64,000 bases of DNA from an uncultured Desulfatitalea sp. (lineage in GTDB: Bacteria > Desulfobacterota > Desulfobacteria > Desulfobacterales > Desulfosarcinaceae), in NCBI GenBank assembly GCA_963668675.2, contig CAXXMB010000002.1, positions 2,816,001 to 2,880,000 on the forward strand. The letters are read 5' to 3'. A program made the translations under genes and the position numbers. Positions 53,626 through 64,000 of this stretch are shown in pieces. The notes under the pieces are model-generated. The model did no database searches, was not told where the DNA came from, and saw only the letters and a list, made by a program, of their open reading frames with translations. Numbering within the stretch: position 1 is the first letter of the stretch; the number at the start of each line of letters is the position of its first letter.

Positions 53626-54897
53626 ATGCTTTTAAAGCGTTCGATACGGGGGGTTGGGCTTTCGGTTTTTGCCGTCATGGTTTTCTATTTGTTGACCGAC
53701 TGTGCGTTTTTCGAACTTAAAGGACAGCTATTTGAAATGAAAGCCACATTTGGTCTGAACGGAAAGATATTCAACGACGCATCAGACGATATACCGGTTG
53801 TTACCGTCCTGTACAGGGTTGAAAAGGATCTGATCCAAGTTTTCGACTATTCGCTACCAGACCCTGCCGGCCACTATTCGTTCCTTGTTCCAGAAGGAGT
53901 TTACTATATAGCAGCTTTTGGTGATTTGAATTGTGATTTTACATATAATGAAGGAGAACGATACGGTTATGCCAATGCATCCCAGCCAATTCATATCGAT
54001 GCCAAACAAATGGTAAGGGACGGCAAGGGAGTTAAGGCAAACAATATTTACCTAAAGCGCACAACGGGCTACCGTCCTGATCTGCCGACCTTTGTTGACA
54101 TCAGCACCCTTTCGGGAAAATCCTGGCTCAAGGTCGGTGTTGTAACCAGTCTCAATGATCCAATTTTTGCTCAAGAGAATGGTTACATGGGGTGCTGGAA
54201 GCCGCTATCGTTCCTAAGACAAGTCGGCGTAGGGATTTATTTTATAGAGCCGTATAGCCCCTTAAAAACACCTATATTGTTCGTTCACGGTACTAATGGT
54301 ACGCCGATCGGTTTTAAACCAATCGTAGAAAAAATGGATCGGTCCCGCTATCAAGCTTGGTTTTATTATTACCCTTCCGGTGTTCGGATCGATGCCATTG
54401 CCGGAGCACTGAACAACATGGTCAAGTCGCTTCATGACAATCTTGGTTTTGATAAATTGGTGATCGCTGGCCACAGCACGGGCGGCCTGGTATCTCGGGC
54501 GTTTATTCTGAAAAATGCCGTTGAGGATTCACAACCATATATTAAAAAATTAATCACTTTATCCACGCCTTGGGGAGGAGTCAAAACGGCTCAGATAGGG
54601 GTGAAGAATGCGCCAGTCGTGATGCCCAGCTGGTATGATTTGTCACCTGACAGCGAGTTCATATCGTATCTCTACAACAAATCTTTGCCGGATCATGTGC
54701 AGTTTTATCTGATGTTCGGGATTCGAGGCAATTTCAGTATGATGATGGCCAACAACGACGGAACGATTGAAATTGCAAGTGAAATAGACCATCGTGCGCA
54801 AAGAGATTCGGTTCATGTGTTTCCGTTTGATGAAGATCATGACAGTATTTTGGCAAGTAAGATCGTCATTGAGAAATTTCATCAACTACTCGAGTAA
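53626..54897 (+). CDS. Exported alpha/beta hydrolase (lipase-like)
   Basis: LFVHGTNG, GHSTGGLVSR, LSTPWGG, NDGTI, DHDSIL. Confidence 0.85.
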   Translation: MLLKRSIRGVGLSVFAVMVFYLLTDCAFFELKGQLFEMKATFGLNGKIFNDASDDIPVVTVLYRVEKDLIQVFDYSLPDPAGHYSFLVPEGVYYIAAFGDLNCDFTYNEGERYGYANASQPIHIDAKQMVRDGKGVKANNIYLKRTTGYRPDLPTFVDISTLSGKSWLKVGVVTSLNDPIFAQENGYMGCWKPLSFLRQVGVGIYFIEPYSPLKTPILFVHGTNGTPIGFKPIVEKMDRSRYQAWFYYYPSGVRIDAIAGALNNMVKSLHDNLGFDKLVIAGHSTGGLVSRAFILKNAVEDSQPYIKKLITLSTPWGGVKTAQIGVKNAPVVMPSWYDLSPDSEFISYLYNKSLPDHVQFYLMFGIRGNFSMMMANNDGTIEIASEIDHRAQRDSVHVFPFDEDHDSILASKIVIEKFHQLLE

Positions 54898-55461
54898 TCT
54901 TACAATTGTTGTGGAGGTTATGAAAATCTGGCTTGAATTGGCAAGCGGCAGTCGAACACTTCTTTCCGGCCTTTTCGATGCCTTATTGTTTTTTACTGTA
55001 TTCAATCGTTTTGAATGCATTTGGGCTGCCAACAAAGCCCTACTTTTTAATTCTGTAATAACCAATAGAATTTTCCTTTAGTGATTATGGCTGTGATTTA
55101 TTGGTAAATATTTCTGGTAACATATCGAAGTAGATGAAAAACTGTTACCTTCAAACAACGATTAATCCATGCATATTGTTGCTTTTACCTTAAAACCCTT
55201 GTCTGAATATAGTCTGCACCTCACAAAGAAGATTTTTGTTAAAAACCCAAAAGCGTGCAAAGTTTACTTAAAACCATTTTAGGTCTCCTTCATGCAGGTT
55301 TCTCATATGAAGGATCTGCGGTTTTTTATGAAATAGGTGGCAGAATTTTTGTGGTGGCCTCCATCGGCTGGACAGCCTTAAGGGCAAGTAAGCTATGGGG
55401 TCAATTCGTTAACCGGAGACCGTCGGCCCTGCGATCTTTTAATTTTTTTGGGAACTGTGTT

Positions 55462-55737
55462 TTATCGATCCACCCTTCTTTTCAGCTCTGTGCCGGCCTT
55501 GAAAAACGGCAGCTTTTTCGATTCGACCTCAACGCGGTCGCCAGTCTTTGGATTGCGACCCACATACTTTTTGTATTCTTTGACGTAAAGTGTACACAGT
55601 CCGCGGATTTCAACACGATCACCATTTGCGAGAGCAGTGGCCATTTCGCCGAAAAATATTTCGACGCACTTTGTGGCTTCAGACTTTGTTAGGTTTTTGG
55701 CATCTTTCAGAGATTCGATCAATTCGAGTTTGTTCAT
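55462..55737 (-). CDS. ihfB: Integration host factor beta / HU family
   Basis: RVEIRGL, GRNPKTG, KLPFFKAG.ELK.RVD. Confidence 0.85.
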   Translation of the reverse strand: MNKLELIESLKDAKNLTKSEATKCVEIFFGEMATALANGDRVEIRGLCTLYVKEYKKYVGRNPKTGDRVEVESKKLPFFKAGTELKRRVDR

Positions 55738-56222
55738 TGTTTCTCCAGATAAGGATTTGAATTTAAATAATATTTAAATATGTTAGCACCAACCTGTCAA
55801 GCTATTAAGCCGCTACACCGCCTATCCCAATATAAACACCCACCATAGTGACCGGATCTGTCACATCGCTATGCTATTTTAGCAACCAATCTCAAAACCT
55901 ATTCGAAGTCATTAATCAGCTAAGAGGACAGTGCGGCCTAAACCACAGCCTTGTCCTATCTTGTAACAGGTATTGGTTTCATGGAGAAAATAATGCCTAT
56001 ACACTTTATGATTCAACTCTGTCTCGCTTCTGAAACATATCACATCCACCGCTTACAAAATCGCCCTTCATTTTTATTGAGCGTACTTCTATGCCTGACA
56101 CCCGAGTGACAACTCGCTCGCACTGCATGGACAATAAGGAAATGGCCTTGACACTGCCCGATTAACTTTCTATTGTTCTCGGTCATCCTTTAACCGACTG
56201 ACTATACAGGATTCAACAAACC

Positions 56223-57320
56223 ATGCAGTGCCAACCGCTATACGAAACCAATTTTGAATTTCCTGATGATGAAATCAAGAAAGCCGTCAGCCAGGGACGG
56301 CTGCTCTCCATGGAGATTGAATTCAGTCTGCGCTGCAACTTCAAATGTCCATACTGCTATGTCCCACGCGATGACCAGCTTAAAGATGAAATGACGCCCG
56401 ACGAAATCAAGGATGTGATTCTCCAGGCCAGAGCGCTTGGAGCAACCAAGATCATCGTTTTGGGCGGGGAGCCCTCAATCTACCCCCACACCACCGAACT
56501 GATTAAGTTTATCCGTCATCTGGGTCTTGAGGTGGAGATGTTCACCAATGGCAGTGGGGTGACGCGTGCGTTTGCCGAAACGCTGCACGCACTGGGTGTC
56601 CGCGTCGTTTTGAAGATGAACTCTTTCGACCGAGAAAAACAGAATCGGCTCTCCGGCCATCCGGACGCTTACCAGATCATCCAAAGTGCGTTGAGCAACC
56701 TCAAATCAGCCGGCTACCCTTTCCGGGACCGTTTCCTGGCCGTCAGTTCGATCATTTGCCGCCAGAACATCGAGGAGCTACCGCGCATGTGGCAGTGGCT
56801 CCGTGAGCAGCACATCGTGCCCTATTTCGAAATGATCACGCCCCAGGCCAATGCCCGCCTCAATGAGTGGCTCTATGTGCCCTCCTGCGAACTGGAACTT
56901 TTTTTTAAACACATAGCGGATATCGACAAACGGTTTTTCGGTCGTACGTGGGACATACAACCGCCATTGCTGGGAAACAAGTGCATGCGTCACCAGTTCT
57001 CATGTCTGGTTACTTCCAATGGGGTAGTTCAACCATGCGTTGGAATCACCCTTTCCATTGGCGACATCCGGAAAGCAACACTGGCCGATATTCTCTCCCA
57101 AAGTAAAGTCCTGAAGGATTTAAAAGATTATCGCAATACAATCAAAGGCCCTTGTCATGAGTGCGATCAAGCTGACTCATGTTACGGCTGCCGGGGAGCG
57201 GCTTATCAGATGACGGGCGACTATCTGGCTTCCGACCCGCTGTGTTGGCGCAATTGCGGTCCTGCAAAAGAAGAGCTGTCCTTACCAACAATGGCACCGA
57301 GTACAAGGGCGGTCCCATGA
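56223..57320 (+). CDS. Radical SAM/SPASM domain protein
   Basis: CNFKCPYC, GGEP, G.VQPC, CHEC.....CYGCRG...DPLC. Confidence 0.93.
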   Translation: MQCQPLYETNFEFPDDEIKKAVSQGRLLSMEIEFSLRCNFKCPYCYVPRDDQLKDEMTPDEIKDVILQARALGATKIIVLGGEPSIYPHTTELIKFIRHLGLEVEMFTNGSGVTRAFAETLHALGVRVVLKMNSFDREKQNRLSGHPDAYQIIQSALSNLKSAGYPFRDRFLAVSSIICRQNIEELPRMWQWLREQHIVPYFEMITPQANARLNEWLYVPSCELELFFKHIADIDKRFFGRTWDIQPPLLGNKCMRHQFSCLVTSNGVVQPCVGITLSIGDIRKATLADILSQSKVLKDLKDYRNTIKGPCHECDQADSCYGCRGAAYQMTGDYLASDPLCWRNCGPAKEELSLPTMAPSTRAVP

Positions 57321-57498
57321 TCCGTCTGTATGAAATATTCCTCGTAATTACGCGAGTGTAATAGGCACCCTGTGTCTGACCAACATTGATAGAACAATGC
57401 GAACCAAGCTCTTTGAGTCATTTATGGTATTCTTGGCAATATTATGAGTAGCTCTTAAATTTGAATTTTTGCAATCTTCCCCCAAAAGGCCTTTTACA

Positions 57499-60366
57499 TC
57501 AAGCCGCACCGACCAACAAATTCTTCATGGCTGCCGAAAGCGCTCCTATACTGAAAGGCTTTTGCAAAAATCCTTGGCAGCCCTGATCTAAAAAGCTCTG
57601 GATACTCTGGTTCATACTATATCCACTGCACACCAGGACCTTTATGTCTGGTTTAAGTTCTTTTAACTGGGAGTAGAGCTCTCCACCACTCATACCAGGC
57701 ATAATCATGTCGATGATCACAACGTCTATCGCATCCAGTGTCTTGGAATACTTTTCCAATACCTCTTGACCGCTGGTTGCGCCAAAAGCAACGTACCCCA
57801 GTTTGTTTAGAATTGCCGCGCTCGATTCAACCACCATCTCCTCGTCATCGACGATCAATACAGTACCGGTTCCTCTTTGGACAGTGGAGGCGGCTTCATT
57901 TTTCATCTCCGGGGCTCCTTCAACTGCGGGCAAATAGATGAGAAAGGTACTGCCTTCATCCTCTTTAGAGGCAACATCGATATACCCATTGTGGGCCTTT
58001 ACGATGCCATAGCACGAAGCCAACCCAAGACCGGTGCCTTTTCCATTCTTGGTCGTGAAAAAAGGTTCGAAAATGCTATCCATGTGTTCTATCGAAATTC
58101 CAGTCCCGGTATCTACACAACTAAGCTCCACGTAATCCCCCGGTGGGACGCCTTGGAACCGAGCGTCTATCTTTTCGGATGAAACATTAGCCGTACCTAT
58201 TGTGAAGCTCCCACCGCCCGGCATTGCATCAGTCGCATTGGCATAAAGGTTCCACAATACCTGTTCGATCTGACCTCTGTCTGCTTTGATGGTGTGCAGT
58301 TCTTCATCGAGAGCCAACTTGACGATGACATCTTTCTTAGCCTCCGCGAAAGTGTATGAAACTTCACGGATCACCTCATTTAAATCGATTGGTTTGACTT
58401 CATAATTACCGCCCCGGGCATAACTAAGCAGCTGTCGGTTCATCTTAGCTGCATTTTCAATGATGTGCTCGATTCGATTGACCCGTTCCAAGACCTTGTC
58501 ATGTTTTTGGACATCCATTTTGATCAGGCTTGCGTTGCCCAATATGCCTGTCAGCCAATTGTTGAAATTGTGGGCAATGCCGCCGGCCAGGGTGCCGATG
58601 GACTCCATTTTCTGAGCCTGTTTTAACTTCTTTTCCAAGTCCATTCGATCCACTTCCAATTGGAGCCTGTCCCTTGCATCGCGTAAAAAGCCTCGAAATC
58701 CCACCGAACAGCCATCTTGATCCAGGATCAAAGAAACCGATAGATCCACTGGTCGATTTTCTCCTTTACTTGTCAACAATTCCAGCTGGGCAAATCGCAC
58801 CGGGCTTCTAGTATCCACGACCTGTTCGAACAAACGATGTAATTGTTTGATCGAATCCGGTCTGAAAAAACTCGCGAAAGGAAACGACGGCAAATAATCC
58901 AGAGATTGGCCGACGAGCTCACCGAGTGCTTTATTGGCAAATAAAAGCCTTTGTTTCAAGTCGATCTCAAAGTATCCCTCGTCAATACTCTCGAGCGTTT
59001 GGCGATACCTGCTTTCGCTTTCCTTGACCTTTTGAAAGGACCGCGCGTTGTTGATACCAATGGCAATATGCGATGCAATTCCCTCAAGTAAATTGATATC
59101 GCTTTTCTTAAGGGGTCTAATAGAGTTTATGTTATCCACCGTCAAAACACCAAGGGGCTCATCTTTGTATATGATCGGGATGCACATGAGCGACCTTACC
59201 TTGAACGATTCCAGTAGCTTTTTGCTTTTTTCTGACAACGCTTCAGCCATTTCAGTTGCGTTGGTAATGATCAGGTGTTGCCGATCCAAAAACGACCTCA
59301 CGAAAAAACCTTTGGAATCAGGCCTGTCTAAATGAAACACTGTTTGTTGCAGATAGTCTCTCTCCTGCTCCGAATACCCGTAACCTGCAGAATAAACCAA
59401 ACAGGTCCCGGTTTCGTCGGCCAGCATGATAAGCCCCCGATCAAAACTCAAACGCTGATGCATAAGCGTGGCAAGTTTGCTCATCAAGTCGTCGACATTG
59501 AGGATGGCAGCGGTCGCTTGGCCAATCTCCTGGACCAGCAAAGAATTGTTGTAGTTGGTGTTTGCTGCTTCGATCCGCTCTTCAGCCGTCGAATGACTTT
59601 GTTCGATAATTTTTTCAAGTTCTCTATTTTTAATTTGCGCATATGCTATCGATATTACCATATTAATGAATAATAAGAACCCCAGTGGAAACATCATGGA
59701 CTTTATCGGCAAAAACAAAAACAGGACTCCTGCCAGCAAAATAGAGCCAATTACCAAATAATTGCGCCATAGTTTCAACCTCAGCGAAGGCGGGTCAGTC
59801 CATGAGACAATGTAATGACAGGCCCCGTCACCCCTGTGAAAACAATATGGATGTTCGACCTTACCAAAAACATTCGTAAACAATTTCGGTACGGCTTCAA
59901 AGTACCCTAGTCGATTCTCACATTGGTAGGGTTTTTCTTTTACATCAGGGTTGGGAGTGGATATGATTTCAACTTTAGCCTGTGCTAATCGCTTCGCCTC
60001 GACCGTGGCACCCTTTGTGAAAAATGAAATAATCTTCGACATGGATAGCAAAGCGGTTTTGGTGTTCATCAAGCCGGTCACATACTGCTGAGTCACCGCC
60101 AATCCTTTAGACGAGGCACCGAGATGACCAGCCTTGCGAGCAATGTCTGAAACCCCAGTCTTTTCAACAATAATTTGATAGAATCGATCAGCCTGTTCTT
60201 GGGTAAACCAGTGGGCTGAATCGGCGACCTCCTCACGAGTTATACCGGCATAATCAAGAATGTCTTGGATTTTTAAATCAGGTTGAGAAAGGCTCAAATA
60301 ATCCAAGTAGCTTTGAAAGATGCGACTGTTGTATATTTGGTTAGGAGTATCCATGTGCCTTTGCAT
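57499..60366 (-). CDS. Hybrid histidine kinase (V4R-like - 2TM - GAF - PAS - HisKA - HATPase - REC)
   Basis: LAGGIAHNFNN, NATDAMP, DTGTG, FEPFFTTK, GTGLGL, IVDDE, DMIMP, KPF. Confidence 0.93.
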   Translation of the reverse strand: MQRHMDTPNQIYNSRIFQSYLDYLSLSQPDLKIQDILDYAGITREEVADSAHWFTQEQADRFYQIIVEKTGVSDIARKAGHLGASSKGLAVTQQYVTGLMNTKTALLSMSKIISFFTKGATVEAKRLAQAKVEIISTPNPDVKEKPYQCENRLGYFEAVPKLFTNVFGKVEHPYCFHRGDGACHYIVSWTDPPSLRLKLWRNYLVIGSILLAGVLFLFLPIKSMMFPLGFLLFINMVISIAYAQIKNRELEKIIEQSHSTAEERIEAANTNYNNSLLVQEIGQATAAILNVDDLMSKLATLMHQRLSFDRGLIMLADETGTCLVYSAGYGYSEQERDYLQQTVFHLDRPDSKGFFVRSFLDRQHLIITNATEMAEALSEKSKKLLESFKVRSLMCIPIIYKDEPLGVLTVDNINSIRPLKKSDINLLEGIASHIAIGINNARSFQKVKESESRYRQTLESIDEGYFEIDLKQRLLFANKALGELVGQSLDYLPSFPFASFFRPDSIKQLHRLFEQVVDTRSPVRFAQLELLTSKGENRPVDLSVSLILDQDGCSVGFRGFLRDARDRLQLEVDRMDLEKKLKQAQKMESIGTLAGGIAHNFNNWLTGILGNASLIKMDVQKHDKVLERVNRIEHIIENAAKMNRQLLSYARGGNYEVKPIDLNEVIREVSYTFAEAKKDVIVKLALDEELHTIKADRGQIEQVLWNLYANATDAMPGGGSFTIGTANVSSEKIDARFQGVPPGDYVELSCVDTGTGISIEHMDSIFEPFFTTKNGKGTGLGLASCYGIVKAHNGYIDVASKEDEGSTFLIYLPAVEGAPEMKNEAASTVQRGTGTVLIVDDEEMVVESSAAILNKLGYVAFGATSGQEVLEKYSKTLDAIDVVIIDMIMPGMSGGELYSQLKELKPDIKVLVCSGYSMNQSIQSFLDQGCQGFLQKPFSIGALSAAMKNLLVGAA

Positions 60367-60461
60367 TCAGAATGCAGCTAAATGCAGTATTCATAGTATT
60401 TCGCTCTGAAAGACAACCCTTTAATGAGGAGCAAGCAGTCGCCAACTGTTGCTATTTAATA

Positions 60462-62212
60462 CCTGGATTTTGCACATGAACTTGAATAGAAAGTAGAAAC
60501 CATCCGGGAACCATTGCTATAGTGGGGGTTACGACACCAACCCATAACAGCAAGGAGGTACCCAGATGGTAAAATCCAACAAATCAAAAAAGCGTAAAAA
60601 CCGCAAGAACAAAGGGTTCAACGCAAACGCCGCCAGGACCAGAAAAATCAACGCTTCAACGCCGTATGAAACATGCAGCGAGCAGCTAAGCCCATTTGGC
60701 GGGCTATTAGCGATGATCAAGTTTTTCGATTTGATCGATTTTGAGAAAATATTCAACGCCACCTATCGTGCGCCTGCCCGGCAACCCAAGCTGGGCCACT
60801 ATCCGATGGTGGCAGGGCTTTTGATGCTACTGCTTATAGGGTTTAACCGAATCTGGCATTTTACCTACATTCGACTCGATGCAATGCTGTGCGGGTTTTT
60901 CAGGCTGACAAAGCTGCCGGTGGCCAGCACTTTCTGGCGTTACCTCGATAGCTGCGGCATCAATCAGGCCCAATCCCTTTTAAAGCTGATGAGTATCTTG
61001 CGTGAAAGGGTGTGGCAACAGCTCGGGATAAATCATAGCCGGATCTGTATCGATATCGACACCACCGTGGAGACGATCTACGGCAATCAGCAAGGCGGCC
61101 GGAAAGGTCACAACACCAAAAACCGGGGCAAGAAGGGATACCGACCGGTGCTTTGTTTCATTGAGCAGACCAGAGAATGTCTTATCGGCAAACTACGAAA
61201 AGGTGAAACGCTCAGCGGCAAACAAACGGCCGCTTTTATCGTGCAAACCAAATCCTATCTGCCCGGCTGCGTCCAAAAGGTTTTATTGCGTGCTGATGGA
61301 GAGTTCAACAGTGGGGAGTCTGTCCGGGCTGCCAAAAGCTGCGGATATGACTTTATCATTGCCAACAGGGGATGCGACCCGCCCTTTGATCCGGTCTTTT
61401 GGTATCGGCCCTTGAAACGCAAAAACATTGAGTATAACAGCTGCGTATATCAGCCCACCGGTTGGGGTGCCCCGTGCCGTTTTGTAGCCATGCGTATGCC
61501 TAAGACCCAGACGGGTTCAAACCAGCAGGTGCAGTGTGTACTCTTTGAGGATGATAACTATACATACCGCATCTTTTGCACGAGTCTTTCAGGCCCGGCC
61601 CACAAAGTGGTCGGTCGGTACGATAAACGAGCGGATGTTGAAAACTTGGTGGGTGAGGCCAAGCGTGAAGGGCTCGAGGCCATACCATCGGCAAAGTTCA
61701 AAAACAACTATGCGTTTTTTCAACTGGTGATGCTCTCTTATAATATTTGGCGCTACATTAAGCTGTTGGCTGCCATGAGCCAAGCCAAAGAAAAGATGCC
61801 GTATTTAAAAGCAGTAGCATCCAATACAATCCGTATTGCCCGGCTGAAGTTGCTTTTTATTGCTGCCAAAGTTGTCAAAGATCAAAACCGAGATAAGGTG
61901 AAATACTCTATACACGACGCAAGGGCACCTGCGATGATCCACTTTCTTAACTTTTTGGATCAAGCGAGATTGAAACCGAAGCCGTGGCTGCATGCCGCAT
62001 CTTGATGTGTTTACTTTTTCTTGTGTTGTGATGCAAAATATTTCTTGCACAAAAATTACCTTTAAAGATGGGCGGATAAGTGAATCATCGGTTTACTGCG
62101 CGCCACCAGTTAAGGAAAAAAGCAGATGCGATAAGGTAGAAGAAAAATCTTCAGTATTTTGAAAAAATTGGTTGCTATGACCATTTATGGCTAAATGCGT
62201 GCAAAATTCAGG
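60462..62212 (+). mobile_element. Complete IS1380-family insertion sequence
   Basis: IRL CCTGGATTTTGCAC and IRR (reverse complement) CCTGAATTTTGCAC; TAATA duplicated at 60457-61 and 62213-17. Confidence 0.92.
60566..62005 (+). CDS. IS1380 family DDE transposase
   Basis: IDIDTTV, GYRPVL, LRADGEF, YDKRADVENLVGEAK. Confidence 0.92.
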   Translation: MVKSNKSKKRKNRKNKGFNANAARTRKINASTPYETCSEQLSPFGGLLAMIKFFDLIDFEKIFNATYRAPARQPKLGHYPMVAGLLMLLLIGFNRIWHFTYIRLDAMLCGFFRLTKLPVASTFWRYLDSCGINQAQSLLKLMSILRERVWQQLGINHSRICIDIDTTVETIYGNQQGGRKGHNTKNRGKKGYRPVLCFIEQTRECLIGKLRKGETLSGKQTAAFIVQTKSYLPGCVQKVLLRADGEFNSGESVRAAKSCGYDFIIANRGCDPPFDPVFWYRPLKRKNIEYNSCVYQPTGWGAPCRFVAMRMPKTQTGSNQQVQCVLFEDDNYTYRIFCTSLSGPAHKVVGRYDKRADVENLVGEAKREGLEAIPSAKFKNNYAFFQLVMLSYNIWRYIKLLAAMSQAKEKMPYLKAVASNTIRIARLKLLFIAAKVVKDQNRDKVKYSIHDARAPAMIHFLNFLDQARLKPKPWLHAAS

Positions 62213-62556
62213 TAATATATTGTACTTAAACAAATGTTCTGTACTTTCAACTATAGCTTGTCAAGGTTTTAATGGTGCCACTTCTATCCCGAAGTTTTTT
62301 TAAGGGCTGTTTAAAATTATGGTACTTGACAAGTTGAGGAGTAAAGTTAAAAATATACGGGCCTATCTATCAACCTAATGTTTAGCAAATGCGACGTCCT
62401 GAATACCCCATTTTTTCGTTCTACGAAGATGAGGGCCTTAACGCCACAGGATTAACAGAATCAATATATCTATTTCCGGTATTGGTTGCATTACTACTTT
62501 TTCTTTGCCATTGTATTCTCCTTTTTGTCGTTGCAGATTTGTGAAAAAAGAAAGCC

Positions 62557-63189
62557 TCAGATGTTTCCGGCACTATAGTCCGGCCCATTCTTCAACCAAA
62601 CTGCCAGCACCATGCCCAGCATGGCAAGGCATTCCATGTCCAGGTAGGAATCAGCATGTTTTTCGAACAAGATCGAACAGTCTGCGGGAAATTCATCATC
62701 CTTGTCATTGAATAACATGAGAAGTTTCAGCCTCGGAAGGGCCGGGAACTGAATGGCCAGATCGCAGCTGAACGGAGCATCGCTGGGAATGCCACCCAGT
62801 TCGTCGCATGCTTGTTCCATATCGTTCAGACGGCCTGAGAAGGTATTGCTGATGGGCATTTCCGCGGTGTTCCGGAAACCGCCCGCGAAAGGCGCCGCAT
62901 CTTTGTAACTGTGATATTTTATCCATTCCGTACTGGTTGACGGTTCCTCTTTGGGACATAACAGAAGGTACTTGCATAGAATAACGCTGACAGCATGGAT
63001 CGGCCGCCGGCCCTGATCATTCGTTACCCCTTTACCCGAAACACGATGGGGGATCCCGAAAAAAGGGATTACCGCTGTGTCCTCATCGACTACGATGCCG
63101 AGGCGGCTGCTGACGGAGTTTAAATCGATTGCAGACACATCGGAGATGTAGTTCTTATAAATTTCATCAAACACTGGTGCTTGCTTCAT
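62557..63189 (-). CDS. DUF3786 domain protein
   Basis: ILCKYLL, ALPRL.L.LF.DKDDEFPADCSILF, YLDMECL. Confidence 0.85.
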   Translation of the reverse strand: MKQAPVFDEIYKNYISDVSAIDLNSVSSRLGIVVDEDTAVIPFFGIPHRVSGKGVTNDQGRRPIHAVSVILCKYLLLCPKEEPSTSTEWIKYHSYKDAAPFAGGFRNTAEMPISNTFSGRLNDMEQACDELGGIPSDAPFSCDLAIQFPALPRLKLLMLFNDKDDEFPADCSILFEKHADSYLDMECLAMLGMVLAVWLKNGPDYSAGNI

Positions 63190-63201
63190 AGTGCCTCCGT
63201 G

Positions 63202-63567
63202 TCACCAAAGTCGCCAAAGGATCTTGTTTCCCTTTTTCTCGCCCCGTACCTTTTCCATGTGCCGAAGCATGGCGAATTCGCGCTCCAGCTCTTTGATCTG
63301 CAGGTCAGAACCCAATTCGCCGAGTAGTTGTCTGGGTTCCATGGGGCCCTTTTCTTCCAGAAGCGTCAACATCTGCGATTGAATAGGCGTTAGAGAGTGA
63401 TTTTCCCCAGCGCTTTTTTCGAAATTCTTGGCACTGTGGACTGACCATGGGTCGCAGGTTTTCAACGGCGAACGCACAATCATACAACAATCCTCGCAAA
63501 GCGTTTCTCCACAATATTCATGTTCATCTCCAGGCGTAATGTCCTGTTTGCATAGATCACACTTCAT
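63202..63567 (-). CDS. Cys-rich zinc-finger-like protein with C-terminal wHTH-like region
   Basis: CDLC...CEDCC...CDPW; EREFAMLRHMEK. Confidence 0.75.
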   Translation of the reverse strand: MKCDLCKQDITPGDEHEYCGETLCEDCCMIVRSPLKTCDPWSVHSAKNFEKSAGENHSLTPIQSQMLTLLEEKGPMEPRQLLGELGSDLQIKELEREFAMLRHMEKVRGEKKGNKILWRLW

Positions 63568-63898
63568 TTTGACCTCCAGGGTGGGCGTTACTCAACTCGT
63601 CCATCAAGTATAAAGCGCAGTAAGCCGCAGTGGGACCTCCGCCGATCAAGATCGCCACGCCGGCGGCCTCCAGAATTTCATTACGGCTGGCACCCAATTG
63701 CAGGGCTCCTTTGACCTGTTCTCGAATGCATGGTTCACAGCGCAGCGCTGCGGTTACCGCAACCATCATGAGCTTTTTAGTTTTCGCATCCAGCACGCCG
63801 TCAGCTGTAGCTGTCGACTGCAATTCTCGGAATGCTCCCATTACATCGGGCAGTTCTCTTTCCAAGGTTTCCAGGGCTTCTTTCAATTCTGGTTTCAT
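63557..63898 (-). CDS. Carboxymuconolactone decarboxylase/AhpD family protein
   Basis: LDAKTKKLM, RCEPC, GAS.NEILEA, GGGP; AAGGGAG RBS. Confidence 0.9.
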   Translation of the reverse strand: MKPELKEALETLERELPDVMGAFRELQSTATADGVLDAKTKKLMMVAVTAALRCEPCIREQVKGALQLGASRNEILEAAGVAILIGGGPTAAYCALYLMDELSNAHPGGQNEV

Positions 63899-64000
63899 AT
63901 GAGACTCCCTTAAATAAAACGGACCACTATGATTCGCATTGGTGCGATGGCCTTCGTGGTCCATGGCTATAAATATGCTACGCTATCGAAGACTAATTGT

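Noticed and set aside
55255..55460. Possible riboswitch or structured RNA downstream of ihfB
   Set aside because: No conserved riboswitch motif could be matched by eye; needs an Rfam scan

Overview
64-kb window, probably from a sulfate-reducing Desulfobacterota/Desulfobacterales-type bacterium (inferred from gene content). Left to right: (1) an oxidative-stress block (katG, perR/fur, ydiU/selO) with two Fur/PerR-like boxes. (2) An ECF sigma/anti-sigma module with two CBM48-like proteins and two matching candidate ECF promoters. (3) A crotonase, an MMPL exporter and an AttH/CrtC-lipocalin + polyprenyl synthase fusion. (4) A decayed integration hotspot (about 14-34 kb) with tmRNA-derived att-like sites. 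It holds a broken AbiE pair, an intact primase-helicase-PLD gene, Fic, an ArsR/ArsP/Acr3 arsenic-redox operon with two unannotated UGA-at-Cys (candidate selenoprotein) genes, HsdR and Mrr remnants, and an SplB-like radical SAM gene. (5) A sigma-54 efflux region (yhiI-rbbA-yhhJ, degenerate GlgA, bEBP, RND pump, OMPLA). (6) Signalling and miscellaneous genes, a complete IS1380 with a 5-bp target duplication, and a CMD/Cys-rich/DUF3786 operon. No CRISPR array, rRNA or complete tRNA was seen. All calls come from motif recognition by eye; no database searches were run.
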